Of a DNA stretch of 64,000 nucleotides, positions 23,191 to 37,500 are shown one piece after another. A program made the translations under genes and the position numbers. The stretch spans positions 434,001 to 498,000 of the forward strand of contig OZ237767.1 of the NCBI GenBank assembly GCA_965178125.1, written 5' to 3'. Origin of the DNA: Bilabrum cf. latius (lineage: Eukaryota). The notes beneath the pieces were generated by a model, which saw nothing but the letters and a program-made list of their open reading frames with translations, was not told the origin of the DNA and made no database searches. Position 1 is the stretch's first letter. Every line of letters starts with the position of its first letter.

Positions 23191-25656
23191 ATGCCAAAGA
23201 ATTGTACAATTCATCCATCTCATGTGTTTGAAAGTGACACAAGAAGTGATTCGCAGGACATAGCAAGCGATACATTGCTGGACAGGGTCGGCTGCAAATC
23301 GTCGCGAGCTTCAATACGCCGAGTAAAACCTCTTCGGCACGGCGGAGAAGAGGCAAACCCCACGGTATTTGAATCTTATCATTCAGGAGACGGACACATG
23401 CCCAATAACGATACAACACCGAAAAATGATGAGCCTGAATCAGCAGGTTTTCACAAGCAAGACCCGCCAGCTTCCACTAATGAGGCACACGGTGCTTTGG
23501 AACGGGCTCGGAGCAACATGCTGAAGGAGGATGCACCAATCAACAATGCCGCAGAACAAAAGAAGGAACAAATCCAGAGCCGAAAGCTACAGCAGCCAGC
23601 GCAGTCAGGGCCGGGTGCGAACTGGAGAGACCGAGTCGGCCCTCCACCACTGGCAGCAATACAATCTGCCGGGCTGGGCCCACCCCCACCCTACTAGTGC
23701 CAGCAGCAGCAGCGTCAGCGTCAGCGTCAGCAGCAGCAGCAGCAGCAGTAGGGCGGTGGCTCTCAGCTACCAAATCAATTGGGACTCTGCGACCATTCAC
23801 CACCGCTGTGTGTCGTAGGGACAGCAGTGGCATGCGCGGCGCTGCTAGCGAGCGTTGGGGTCGCGATGACCAGTAGGAGCAGCGGCATCGCCGGGAGCAT
23901 GCTGCCGCTCGATCTGGGAAATGGACGGTCGCTGCTTGGTCGCATGTCTCGCGATTCACCCGCGGCGAGCGGTCCTCCATTCATGGATTGGACTGACCTC
24001 GGTGCGATAGCAGGGGCGGCAAGTCAGGTGGAAAGTGGTGACATCTCGTTCCTGTGCGGCTCTGCCACAGGTGACCTGATCGCAGCGCTAGCTCTGGCAA
24101 AGGAATGGACCTATACACGAGTGCAGTGGGAGCGTTACCCTGGCCGTCGCGTGCAGTCCCACCGTGCCACCTACCCGCGAGAGTAGAGCAACGGGCGTGG
24201 CTCGACTGGTGCACGAGGCCCGCGTGGTGGAACTCGCAAACCCGCGACAGGCAACTCACACCTGTCTCAGCACCGCAAGAATGCTCGTCGCACAGATCCG
24301 GACAGGAGAGGCGGACAGCACGGTATCACGGGGAGCAGCCGGAGCGAAGGGGACCGAAATCACGCTCGCTGGCATCTGCACGATCATCACGACAAAGGGA
24401 TTTCGGGCAGCGTCCCGCAGCGCAGTGCGGTGCATCACGACGTAGACTAGGTCATGACAGGATTTAGTCCTGATGAGTCAATCGGTGCTATTGGATTGGG
24501 GAAGGAGCACGGCACTGGCACCGCTCGAGCCTTCAATGCCCTGTCATTCGGTCGTGCGGGCTTACTGCTGGACCCGGAGGAGGTGGTCGAGGTATTTGAA
24601 GCTCGCGTGCGGTAGGCATGCCATCTACAGGCCGAGTCGAACCGAACGAGTACTTTAGGCGGACTGGGTCTGCCGAGGCGAGTCACAGTACCGGGCGGTG
24701 CTGCCAGCGCATGGCGCACGGCGCGCGCAGGCCTGCGGTCGCTGCTCTTGCGCCTGCGCAGAGCGATCGAGGCAGAGAAAGGCATGACACCTGGGCAAAT
24801 GACGCATCAGTCGAATGGCGTGGCGGGCATGAGTCTACTTGGGCGAGTTGGGCGAGCGCTTGCCAGTGCGCATGGACTGGCAAAGGACTCGATGGGCTGG
24901 CTCGGATTGGCATGGCTGCTCGAGGGCAGCAAAGACGAGACCGAGGAGGCAATGGGAGAGCTGCACATAGCGCTGGAGGGGGCGCACCGCGCGATGGATG
25001 TGGCTGATATCGCTGTGCTGGTTGGGTCAGTCGCCGATCCGGATGGCCCGGGGGGTACTCCACCACTGGAAGTTGGAGCCGAATCCAGGGCAGGAGAGCG
25101 TGATGTGCGAGGACCATCAAGGTCCTAGGCATCTCGATCGCGGCCGCCATCTAATTTGTTGCTACTTGATGTGATCCAGGACGTTCTACGTGCTGGATTA
25201 TGTGTGCGTATGACAAACAGCAGCAGCAGCGGCAGCAGCAGCAGTAGCTAGCGAAACGCGACCCTACACGTGAGCTGTTGCTCTCCCAGGATTGCTCGCC
25301 TGCGGCTGTGGGCCCTTGGTGTGCTGCAGCGACTGGCTGGGGAGAGCACCGGTCCGTAGCTGCTTGGCGAGCACGAGCATGTGCTGGAAATGGTCGTGGC
25401 CGTTGGAGTGGCAATGCATGTGAAGCGCCAAGGCGGCTCCGTTGACTGGCCGCTTGGCAGTGCCAGCAAAAGCAGTCTTCAGAACGGCAATCAAATGGAT
25501 CCAGGTAAAAAATCTGCTCTCAACGAGCCCTCATCGCGAGACTGGCTGGCAATGTAGCGAACATGGCGTATCTTGCGACGGGTGTGGCGAGATGAGGAAT
25601 AGTAGGCTCGTATCAGGAGGTGCGAAGGTTTCAGGTACTTGATGGACACGAACTGA
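23191..25656 (+). CDS. Hypothetical protein with poly-Gln tract, ~821 aa
   Basis: Frame open with TAGs only (one ends a CAG run at 23749; TAGTAG at 25600) to TGA 25654-25656. Confidence 0.65.
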
Positions 25657-25940
25657 TTGCATAGCTTTCCCATCCCGTGGCACTTCGCCTATCTGGATAG
25701 CGCCCATATCAAGGATGAAATTCCAGGGCGATGGCCATCGGCACCTCTGGACAGCATGGCAAAAGTCCGCACGCCGAACTACCAACGCTGAAACCGAAGG
25801 TTCGGCAACCGGATCTAGATCCAGGCTGAATCATCCAGCTTGGTGCCTTCGTTCCTGTGTTCACAAATTGACCTTGCAGCATTGGAAGGCCACGCGCTTC
25901 AAAATTTCAGTCCAAGAGTCGCTCTTAACGGATAATAGTC

Positions 25941-28900
25941 ATGGATAGGCCCACCTTCGAAGGCGGCCATATGGAGGCAATTCATTGCTGGGAAGGCCTA
26001 AGTCGCGTGTCAACCGGTAGTGGTGCCGATAGATTGGAGCATCGATAGGTCAATTGCTTGTTTGACAGGTTGAAGATCGATGAAGCCATTCGATAGTCAC
26101 CTGAGCACTTGCAAAGAGTTCTTCAGAAAGCGCACGGTGGTGTACCGGTCGCACGCATTACTCCTTCAGTTGTAGCCAACACTGAAGTATCAAGCAACTT
26201 AACCTTCTTCTCTTTGCATTCTGGTCATACTTAGCGCAAGTTCTCGCATGGAGATGCACAAATTCAGCGTGCTCGCGTGTATGAAGCAGCCCAGCAAGGA
26301 TCGGAACCGCGCCCACAAGAAAACAAAGTATTCTCCGTCCAAATTGGCGTACAAGTACCTTCCTTTGCTAAACCTGGCTATTACACAATTCGTCCCAGGA
26401 TCTCTATCGAGCTTGAGGGCGTAGACGGCCAAATCGTTGTGAAGCTGCCTGACTTGTATGTCGCGTCCGACAGAAAGCTGCAGGAGAAGCTGCTGGCTGT
26501 TCAGCTTGCAACAGATTCTAGCAGCAATCTATCCATTGCAGGAGCAGTAGCTGCCCTCCATGCCGGCGAAGATCCTATGGTGCCGGTACCCGAAATCGGC
26601 GCCAAGGAGAAGTTCACCGCGGGGTACACATCCAACGACAGGACTACAGAGAACGAGAAGTTCAACGCAATGAGGAGCAAGCTGTCTGGTCCGATGCTTC
26701 CCCGTGGTGGATTTATGTCTCTGATGCCAGAAGAAGAGGAAAGAGTCTCGAAGCGGGAGCAGGATGTGGCAGTGCCGATGGTGGCACTCGACACGCTCGC
26801 GGCTGCTGGTGCCATGCAGGGACCCACGCTGGCAGCAGGCCACATCGCCACCGTCGAGATGATCGTGGATGACATTGAGTTCGCACGGGAAGCACAATAG
26901 AAACGTTGCCGCTCCATGGGCGGATTTCGCGTGCTCGGCGTGTCGGACGACAAGTCGCGCGCTCCTAAACGATTTTATCTGGAGAGCCAGGACGAGTCTG
27001 GTGATTCCGACGGTGAGAATCTGGAATTGTGCACAGCATATAGAGGGAGGAGGCCAGTACGGCATCATCGACGTCGGCCTCATCGACGTCGTCCCTACAT
27101 TAACTCCTTTGTATGGCTGCACAAACCAGGCGGCACCAAGGATCCTTCTTGGTGGGATGCTGCAGCGGAGGAGCCAACCCATGTCTCGTTGACCCTGGAA
27201 GATCATTTTGGGGGTTGCAACGACTAGCACAGCTTGAGAGTGTGCAAGATAATTAAGAAAAAGAGTCACCTGTGCCTTGCAGCCGGCAAGCACGTCATGC
27301 GCCAAGTATAGAGGGACCTTTACGAGCAATGGCAGGCATCCCCGGATGGTTCAATATACGCTTCGGTGTAGGAGGGTGCCAACTAGTACACGCATGAAGC
27401 GAGACGTCTTGCATGCTGGCTCATGCAGCAGCATCGATCTAGTGAGATGAACGACCCGGCAATCGATCGTCTGGTCAATGGCTACCCTGCAGTGGCTCTC
27501 AATTTTGCCATGCTGGAGATGGCCCACCACATAATGGTACGAGAGCTGCCAGCTGATGGAAAGCCAGAGATAGGCGGTAGTGTAATAGCGACACAAATGC
27601 GCGGCAACACGCGCCGTTGGCGATAGACAGAGGAGGTCATCTGGTGCCTGGAGGCCGTTTCGGTGACTGGGGAGTGTCGGAGAGCCGCCGAAGCCTTCGC
27701 GTACATCCGCAACAACAACCATAAAATGGCACGAAGTGAGCTTATCCAGTTAGAAGCTTAGTTGAAGCGCTCCAATCCCACCGCACGCGCTGGAGTGCCT
27801 GAATTCCGACGTGCACTGCAGGCTGCCACTGCTGGGCAGCCATCTTTCTCAGCGCGACACAGAGAGCTCGAGCAAAGGCACAGCGAGATGAGCTAGCTAT
27901 TTGGTGCATTCTCAGGCCCCAAGGATGGACGCCACCTGAACTCCGTGCAGCATGGATTACGCACCATCCTTCAAAGGGTCGTCCCCCAGATCTTGCGAGG
28001 TGTCTTGCATCCCAAGCCGCACGACGTGGTGCCGCCAGAGGCAGCAGCTGAAGCGGCCACGGGACGCAGAGGTATCCACATATATGACGCGCTTATGCAG
28101 GAAGCCAAGAGGGCGTTTGAGATGCACACGTCACCGATGCTGCTGAAAGGGCTGAACCGGTTGCAGCACGCGGCGATCGGCATGTGCCTCAGGAGGCCAC
28201 CCGTGGCGGTGATCTACGGACCCCCTGGTACTGGAAAGACCACCGCAGTTTCGTCGTTGCTCGCGCACCTGCTGGCTGTGAAGCCAGCGGGACGAGCTGC
28301 GTCCCCCCGGGTGCTGCTCGTGTCCCAGTCGAACTTCGCCGTGGAGCTCTCTCTGTGCAAGGCTCTAGTGCGACTAGGGGAGGCAGGGCTGGCGGACGAG
28401 GAGGTGGGTTCGCTCGCAAAAACAATCGTGCGTGCATCTTCTGCGGATCGGACGCCGAAAAAATCTGCCGCCGAACTTGGCCCTGTAGCGGCACACGTAC
28501 TAAAACATGTTTCGGTGTCAGGTGCAGTCCCGTGGGATCGGCTCAGAGAGGCACGGTTTGTGGCCACCACCGTGGATAAAGCGTCCTCTTGGATATCTAG
28601 TGCCACTTTCGATGCCAATGAGGCCTAGTCCACGCCAGAACAACGAACTTTGAGTAGGAATCAAATCCTGAGTGCGTTGGATTTCGACTATGTGGTGGTA
28701 GATGAGGCCAGCCAGGTCAAGCTGGGCCAGTTGCTGCCATTGCTGCTGTCGACCCATATGGCACGTCACGCAACAAGCCTGCGCAGTCGCGAGCGGCCAA
28801 CTCGTATTGTAGGTGCGCGCGCGAGGCCAGCAGACGTGCGTCCAGACAGGCCGCCTCCAACTCTGGTCCTGGCTGGCGACCCCCGGCAGCTGGGGCCCAT

Positions 28901-30938
28901 CATGGACGATCCTGTGGCCCAGCTGGCAGGCGAGGCCGTGTCTTTGATCGAGAGACTCGTAGGTACCGGCCGAGGCTCGCTGCCCTCAATGGAGGTTGAC
29001 GCAGACAAGGCGATCAGAATCATTCGAGCTAGCATGAAGGCGGCGAACGACCCCCGCGATCCGGTCAAGTTTGCGAGGGAGGCCCTTCCAGTCTCTACGG
29101 AGGGCGAGCTGGCCAGCTGGTAGAGGGCCGCGGCACTGATCCCCGAGCTGGACTTGGCCACGGCCACGGACCCAGAAGGCGCATCAGGTACGCTTCACGA
29201 AGGGGTTCATCTGGCCACCACTAGGGTGGTCCGGTTGACGCACAGCTTCAGAGCCGTGCCAGCCCTGACTGCACTCTGGAGTGAGATGACGTACGATGGA
29301 GCCGTGCAGGCGGTGCACTTTGTGGGCAAGGCATTTGGTGAGTGCGGGGTAGAGCCTGCTGGCCGACCCTTCCACGCAGGCGCTGGTGAAGGGGTGCCCA
29401 TTGAGAGAGAAAACCTGTCTGCTTTTGCTTGCGCAGACCCAAGAGCTCGAGCAAGGTGCGAGGCAGTGCAGAGCCTGCTGGCTCAGTTAGCAAGCAAGAC
29501 GAAGTCGTTCGTGCCTCGGGTATCAGTGGCCCAACTGGATCGCATAGCAGAAGACTTTGCCTCACAGGATAGGCGTGATGCTGGAGAAGTGCCGACAGGA
29601 AAAGCCGATGGTGAGCCTTTAGGAGCAGGGAAAGGCAGCGGGGCTGAAGGTGCTGCTTCGGCATCGCTGAGCAGCCCGGCATCGGCGAGTCAGAGTGAGA
29701 CGCAGGCAGTGGCAGCAGCAATGCTACACCACATGGCGGCATAGTGGCCAGAGGTAGCTCGCTGTGTGCTGCGGGCGCTCAGATCCCAGGTGCCGCGCAT
29801 GAGTGGAGCCGCTGCCCGTGTTGACGAGGACGAGGGCGAGTGGACCGGTGAGCAGGCGCTTGCCATGGCTTCGGGCGCGAGCTCGGATCCCAGCGGCGGT
29901 GGGCACGGTGCAACAGGCAGGCTTGAAAGTGGTACCGACGTAGAGGACGATGAAGAGTTTGATGCAGCAGCTTTCGTCGCGAGAAGGAAACTCTAGCAGA
30001 AGCATGCAGAGGCTGAGCTTGACAAGGTCGGGGATGTTGCCAGCAGTCGATCCATGGACAGGATGCAGCCCGGGCTGCCCATGCTCGTGTGTGCAGTCGA
30101 GGGCAAGGTGAACACGCTGTCGACCAAATCGAAGACCAACATGGAAGAGGTGAAGGTTGTCGTGGATATCGTCGCCAGGGCCCTAAACGCCCCTCTGCAG
30201 ATACGGGCCGACAGAGCTGCGCAGATACAGTCGGAGCATGGAGACCGATCCGGTCCTGCAAGCGGGGCGGGTGAGGACGAGCCAGAAGTGCACGACGAGG
30301 GAGACGATGTTTGTGCTGAAGGAAAGCTTACTGTAGCAGTGGTCACACCATACGCTGGTCAGCGGATGGAAATTGTGAATGCACTCAACAAGAGGTTGGG
30401 CAGAAAGCTGGCATCTCGAGTGAAGGTGGGCACGGTGGACGGAGTGCAGGGCACTGAGGCAGACTTGGTGGTATTGAGCACCGTTAGGACAGGGGATGAA
30501 GGAAGCATCGGATTTCTCAACAACCCGCGGCGCACTAACGTTGCGATCTCGCGGGCGCGATTCGGCCTAGCGCTGGTTTGTGACCCACGGGCTCTTTTGG
30601 AGGATCCCTTCTGGTGTGCATGTGTGGCTTACGGTGCGGGACTGGGCTGTATGGTGGGCATGCAGCAGTCCATCAGAATGGCGGTGCGGCGGCCCGGAGT
30701 CGAGATCCGGCGATGGATTAGCATGGTTAGCCGTGCGGATGAGCCAGGGCGTCCATAGGAAGCTGTCAGCAGCGACGTTCTGGAGGCAGTGCTGCAGCCT
30801 AGGGCTGCCACTCGGCACCATGGCGTCAGAGGCGATGTAGATGCATCATGTGCTAGCGTGCAAGTAGGGACAGGTCCCGCAGCGCCTGATCCCGGAGACG
30901 CATCCGCAGCTGATCCAGGTGCTGGTCACGAAGAGTAA
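25941..30938 (+). CDS. Superfamily-1 helicase, DNA2/NAM7 (UPF1-like) fold, ~1665 aa
   Basis: GPPGTGKT, SQSNFAV, DEASQ, GDPRQL, VVTPYAGQ, TVDGVQGTEAD and RRTNVAISRAR are spread over ORFs joined only by TAG. ATG 25941, TAA 30936-30938. Confidence 0.9.
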
Positions 30939-31613
30939 AGAGGACTCGGACTCTGATTCGATCGGATATGTATGAATTTACGAACTACATTTTTGCGCTA
31001 ATCTGGATTCGAAATGGACTCTGAATAAATGCTAAGATTCCCTGTCTTTGCTGTACATTGTCTGGCAGAACCGTTCTGCCAGAATTTCGTCGGGCTGGAC
31101 CAGCTTTCATCCGCGGCCCAGGCTTGGATCGTAGCCCCTTCGTCCACTGCCACCTCCAGATTCGCAGCATGCCAATACTCCCAAGCAAGCTTGTAGAAGG
31201 CTTACGCGAAAGATGGGGCGGCCTCAGAGCAGTGCTGTTCCGCAAGCTCCAGGGCGCCAACTGAGTGCCATGCACAGCAGTCCATTTATACTCCTCAATA
31301 CAACGGCCAGACAATGTTGTAGTGATGCCCAATACACACCACATTGAAGGCAATGCAACGCAGTTTACCACGACAGGTATGGCATTGCGTGTTCATAGCT
31401 TCGTTCATCTGAATAGACTAGCGAGACCGATGGGTTTGGTCTCGCTTCGTTTACCTGAATCAGATCTGGATCTCTGTAGGATCCAAAACCTTGCCTGTTA
31501 AGGCCAACTCTCCTACTGGTACGCTAATGATTCGACGAACAAAGCGCTATGGTTGGCTCTAGGTTGAACCGCAGCCTGCTTCAGAGCAGCGTCCAAGACT
31601 GCATGCAGACCGA

Positions 31614-32525
31614 TCACAGAATGCCCAGGTGCCGCTCGAAGGCGCAGAGAAGCTTTGAGCACGCGACATTGGCGGTGAGCGCGTACTTGCTGAAGGAGTA
31701 TAGCTTCTCGCACTCTGTTCCCTCGATGAATCCACGCGCCATGGCACCGATGACGAAGCACGCGGGCTTGCCCGCCGGCATCTTTGGCACCAGGTCCTGG
31801 GGATCGATGAGCTCCCCCTTCATGTGTGTGCCCAAGATGACTGTACCAGGGGGCAGGTGCGCCTCGATGGGGTTCTTGATGACCTTCATCAGCGTCTCGG
31901 CGCCCTGAGCGGCGCGAATGCGGAGCTTGTACAGCAGCTGGACTGCGGCACGGGTCGTTTAGCTTGGAAGTCAAGAAGAAGAGCTCATTATCAGAATACA
32001 AGATATATAGGATGCTTCGTTCCCACACTTTGTGTGGATATAGGATAGGAACGGAGTGCTGAAGCTCACCCATCAGTCCCGCGAACCGCTTGTACGTGCG
32101 CGGCACCCTTAGCTTGGGGTTGATGTCGATGAGCACCCGTTTTGCAGTCCGAATGTACACTTTCAGTTTGCCTGCCTTATTTAAGGGGCTATCCAGCAGT
32201 GTCATGAGCAACTGGTGCGTAATGTCAGGTCGGCTTTCTGCTGGGTCCCTGCCAATCTTGCCATGAAGGTGCAAATGATCATCACAGCTTAGCAATTCAA
32301 AGCCCTGCGATACAAAAGAGCGCCAAAATTATGAATTGCCCTGTCATAGATAGAAAATAGCACTAAATCATGGACAACGCCCTTGCATACCTTTTTCGTC
32401 TTCACTGTCTCGAGACAGGCTTTGTCAAGGAGAACAATAATCTTTGCCGGCTCTTCTGAGGTCTTTGATGCAGCTTCAGTATCTTCGGCTGCGCTTTTGC
32501 TTCCTGCTCCGGCTACTGCTGCCAT
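31614..32525 (-). CDS. EMG1: 18S rRNA pseudouridine N1-methyltransferase EMG1/NEP1; exons 32525-32391, 32304-32070, 31942-31614
   Basis: [61 protein letters not shown]. Two GT-AG introns (86 and 127 nt) restore the frame; ends TGA. Confidence 0.95.
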
Positions 32526-32626
32526 GCTCGAAATGTTCCTCTGCAGTTGCCCTTGCGGCTGTTGGACCGCCGTAATTCCGGTATTGAATACTCAATCAGA
32601 GATCGTACACTGAAACTGCACAGCAG

Positions 32627-34342
32627 ATGAGGCTCTCGCATGTGCTCAAGCGAGCCAGATTGTTTGCACTCGCGCAGCCGGTGTAGCTGAGGTAGTGCAG
32701 CTCGCGGGTACAACGCGCGGAAACGGTCGTTGGAGACCATCCTTGCGGATTATTGCGGCCTGCAGGCCACGACAGCACACCATAGTCTGTTTGTTTCGCA
32801 GTGAATTCTGGGAATGGCAAGTTTCTGCACTTTGTGGGGCCCCAAGCATCGAATGAGACGACATTTGCACGGCTAGACTTGTTTACGCCACATGAGCTGG
32901 GCTCCGGCGCAGCCGCTCACGGACATGGCATGAGCCTCAAATTACAGATGGCGCTAGGAGAACAAAAACTAGCAGATCACAACGACTCACAGGGCATCAC
33001 TCTTATGTGCCTGGATGCAGAGTCACCACAGATAGACGGCGAAGCGCCAAGTGAGCCACAGCTAGGCGTGCTCGCGAGACGGCACAGGCCGCTAGAAACG
33101 CTCGCCATTCGTACCCCCCTGCCAGCTCATAAGGCCCAGTCTGTTGCAAACTTGAGCAAGCCAGCCAGCCACCGCACCCGCATCACCCGCAAGTCCAAGC
33201 GAGATGCAGCCGCCGAGGAGAGAGCTGGAGGAGACCAACAGGCCCAGCGCCAGCGCCACCACGACTCGGGTAGTTCCTTCCCACAGACAGCCGCGAGGGT
33301 TCCGTGCGCGCCTGGGGAACAGTTGTTAATGTTGGCTTTCTTGCGAGCGGAACCAGTTACAGGTGTAGGTAGGGCTGGGGCTGGGCGTTCAGACGGTTCT
33401 AACGCTGAGCCGGAGAGGGTGGCAGATCATGAATCCACGAGCCCGGGGTCAAACCCAGGAGCAGCATCGATTGGGTACGATATCTCTGAGCAGAGCAGGG
33501 CCTGGGTGCACTGCATGGTGCCGTGCGAGGTCCTGGCCGTGGGCAGTGAGCACGTGCTCGCCGCTGGTTGCGCAGAGCTGGCCTCTGGTGGGTGCGAGGA
33601 GGAGAGTGCGGCTGAGTTGCGTCTTCTGGACGAGGCTGTAGACGCGCAGCTGGACCCAGCCTCCGTTTTGTTGCTCCGGATGGGCGGCCTGCATGCCAGT
33701 GGTGTGACGAGTGAGCTCGCCAGGCAGTATTCTGAGGGGGGGATGCTCCTGTCAGGTGCGCCCCTGGTGGCCCGCCGGTCCGGAGAAATGGTCGCGCACG
33801 TGCCCATTGTTCCCTCGCCCGCCCTTCCGGACGCTCTCGCTCGCCGCGGCTTGCTGGTGGCCACAGGCAGCGGGGTGCTGCTCAGGCGGCTGGACCAGTT
33901 CGACGAGGAGGCAGCGGTGGCGCTGGGCATGCGGCCCGGGCAACGCTCGGAACATCACTCGTCACAGGGCAGAGAGCAAATGCAGCCTAGCGGCCGCCTG
34001 ACAGCAGGAGGTGTTGGTGAGGGTGGGGGTTGGGCCGACGACGACTCTCCCGTGGGACGGGTGCATGGCATTGCAGTTGAGTGCCTGGAGCAGCTGACGG
34101 CGGGGAGGATGCAGGCAGAGGAAGCTGCCGCGCTGCTGAGGGAAGCGGGTATCCCTCTCCCGCTGGCCCAGTCGGCGTGCGAGCGGGCGGTGCTGGCCAG
34201 GGAGGAGGGCGCGGTGGGGAGGCTGGCTCTGGAGCTTGCGGCTGCGGCTGCCATGGCAGGGGATCCGACCGGTGAATCCATTGGCGACAGACTTGGATAT
34301 GGCCCTGGAACCCTTAGTGAGGGCGACTGGTTCAGATAGTGA
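32627..34342 (+). CDS. Hypothetical protein, ~571 aa
   Basis: ATG 32627, three TAGs, then the 512-aa track ORF; terminal TAG is followed immediately by TGA 34340-34342. Confidence 0.65.
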
Positions 34343-34596
34343 CAGGTTCGGGTTCAACGGTGCATCGTTCTGCAAGTCTGAATTAGCCATTATAAGGTGC
34401 TACAACCGCATGGAACGCGGCCATGTTCTTGTTTGCAATTCACAGGATAGTCAAGCTATCTAGGCAGCTTTTATTGCCGACTTTTGCATTGAATAGCTAT
34501 AACAGAGGTGTAGTCCAGATCAAACGCTCAAGAACGCCCTGAGAGACGAGCAGTTTTGCTCGATTGGGAACCATCGGAATTCTAACTGCGTCCATC

Positions 34597-37500
34597 ATGG
34601 AGGACTCTCCAGATTTGACTGCGCTGTACAAGCTTAACCTTCCTGATATTGGCTAGCTTATTGATATCTTCGGGTGAGCAAATTCTGCCGTGACAAAGCA
34701 CCTTGTTGCTACGGAGTACTACGCCCGGATCTTATGATCGATCGCGAGTTCCACACAACTTTATTGTGTCTTGCCTTGCATGTACCGCCGCAAACAGCGT
34801 AAAGTGTTGTCCCATACCTCATGCACCACAGGTAGCACCTTTCAGAGCACCGTCCCTTGACGTTAGACGCCTTCGTGGCAGGCTTTCGCTAGCTCTTGTC
34901 TAGGAAGCACGTCGCCACAACCCTGGACTCAGATGAAGTGAATGAGGCGATTGAGAACTTGTTCATGATCTTTGATACGAATGACGACGACCAGGTGGAC
35001 GCGCATGAGCTGATCGCCGGGATCTCCGTGCTGTGTCCTGGAAGCCAGACTGACAAGACTGCAGTGGTGTTTAAGCTCTTCGGTGAGTGAACCGTTGACG
35101 AGCGCAAGAAACGCTTCCAAACGTCACCGGTCCTCTATCTTCTGTCTTGCGGGCGGTCAAGCCGTTTCTGTGAAGCCGAGCTTAGTCCGCCCCGCCGATG
35201 GCACGTGCCTTTTTGTCCTACAAGAGTCTCTCAGCCCCGAACCTTCACGCTGCCATTTGCCATGTTTCGCAGACTACGACGGCGACTCTTTCGTCACACC
35301 CGCTGAAATGACACGCTACCTTACCAGCGTGTTTAAGGTGCAGGGAGCACGCGCCCCCTCGGAGTTCAGCGCGCACGGCGTGTCCCCCTCCCAGCTGGCC
35401 GCTGCCACCACCCGCAAGGTGTTCGCAGAGGCAGACGCCAACCGGGACGGCAAGCTAAGCGCCGAGGAGTTCTCGGCATGGGTCTCATCCCCCGGCTCTT
35501 TGGGAGAGAGCATCACCAGGTTAGCAGCGGACACCATCCCAGACAGCTTGGCGAAGGACAGGCAGAGCGCCAGGGGCGGCGTGGGAGGTTCCGCAGCGCG
35601 CGGCGCCGGCGCCCCGCCCCCCCGATCCGCCGCCCCCCCGCTGCGGCGCCCGCCGAGCCTTAAGGATATGTCTCCGGCGAGCGCCAGGGTGCTCCGGCGG
35701 GCGGCTTCGGGCCGGAGCACGGGCTCGGTGGACGTGCTGGAGCAGGAGGAGCAGGAGGGGGAAGGCACGGCTGGCCGTGGGGCCAACGGTGGGTTGGGAT
35801 CCCCCGAGATGCCCGTGGCGCCGCAAGGAGCTGCGCGTGGTCTGGTCACTCGTCACAGCATGCAGGAAGAGGAGGAGAAGGAGGAGGAAGAAGCCGACGA
35901 GGCGAGGCGGGCTGCCATCTATGGCCTCAGCTCGGTTCACCATCACACTGCGGGCGGCGGGGTGCAAAGCGCGGGACCGTCCAGCGACGAGGAGGCAATG
36001 GCAGTGGCCATGCGGGCCTCTGACCTGGGTGCCTTCGGGATCGTGCAAGTCGCCAGCCGGTCCAATACCAAGCTGCTGGATGTCCTGAACCTGGACGGCG
36101 GCCCGGACGACGTGTCCACGCTGCTTGACCTGTATGAGTCCAGCGGGCTGCATCTCTTCGAGCCCGAGCAACTGCTCGCACGACTGGTCGCAGATGCGCA
36201 ACATCATGGGCGCCAGAGGGGCGAGCTGCCCACGGAGCCAGCCTACCTGGAACGGCACAGCTTCAGGACCTCGCTGCGCGACGCCGTGGCTGACGCGTCG
36301 GATGGAGGCGCCGATGCGATCGACATGGAAGACTTCGATGCTGCAGCAGAGCAGCTGTTCGAGCTGCTGGACGTGGAGGGGCAGGAGAGGGTAAGCCAGA
36401 GGGCCCTGGCGGATGGGCTCGGCGCGCTGTACGGAGCAGAGCTCAGGCCGATGCTGCGTGAATGGAGCGCGGCATTCGACGAGGGCACGAGTGCTGCGAT
36501 GACCAGGCAGGACTCTGCCAATACGGAGGACTATGAGGCCATGGAGCAGATGGCCGCCGATGCAGAGGAAGCCAGGCGGGCAACCGAGGCGCATATGAGG
36601 AGCAGGGCAGGGCAGGATGGTCCTGACCAGTCCATGCTTCGCCGGCAGGACTCTGCCAATACGGAGGACTATGAGGCCATGGAGCAGATGGCCGCCGATG
36701 CAGAGGAAGCCAGGCGGGCAACCGAGGCGCATATGAGGAGCAGGGCAGGGCAGGATGGTCCTGACCAGTCCATGCTTCGCCGGCAGGACTCTGCCAATAC
36801 GGAGGACTATGAGGCCATGGAGCAGATGGCCGCCGATGCAGAGGAAGCCAGGCGGGCAACCGAGGCGCATATGCGGGGGAGATCAATGCGGGTCAGCTAG
36901 CCCGCTGCACCAAATGGGGGCGCTGGCAGGAAGAGGCGGGTCAGCCTAGAAGGCCTCAAGGGGGAAGCAGGTCTCGCCGAGGTTGAGGTGGGCGCGTTGC
37001 TGTCCGCACTGAGGGAAGAGGCTGCAGCGCATGGTGGTGGTCGCACGGGGAACACATCGGGCAAGGTGCTGTCGAAGGCAGCCTTCATCCGCGCCGTGGA
37101 GGGTGCCATCGCAGAGCGGAGGGGTGGGGGCGCGGGGACGATGACAGGCCAGGAATCGCATGCAGCCGCCCTGGGCCAGGTCTTTGAGCTTCTCGGCGGG
37201 GAGGCCGCCAGGTCAGGACAACCGGTCGCACTCGGCACCCTGGCTGCAGGACTCAGCCCGCTGGTCGGCGGGGATCAGACGGCCAAGGTAGAGGGGGTGT
37301 TCCGGCTGGTGGATGCGGATGGAGACGGCTTCGTGTCCGAATCGGAGCTCGTGGAGTACCTCGTGGCTGTGTACACCGTGATGATGCATGCCATGGAGGA
37401 CGAGGAGCACAAAAAGCGATCGCCAGCAACGGCTCCTAGCAACGGCTCCCATGCCGCTGCAGGATCCGGGCATGCCCCCCTTGACTCCGAGGTAGACCCT

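Noticed and set aside
25941-30938. Calling the helicase UPF1 and linking it to the code change
   Set aside because: No CH zinc domain and very divergent motifs; no evidence for a role in termination or NMD.
30985-31600. Short ORFs between the helicase and EMG1
   Set aside because: No recognisable motifs; the + frame is broken by TGA; likely UTR or intergenic.
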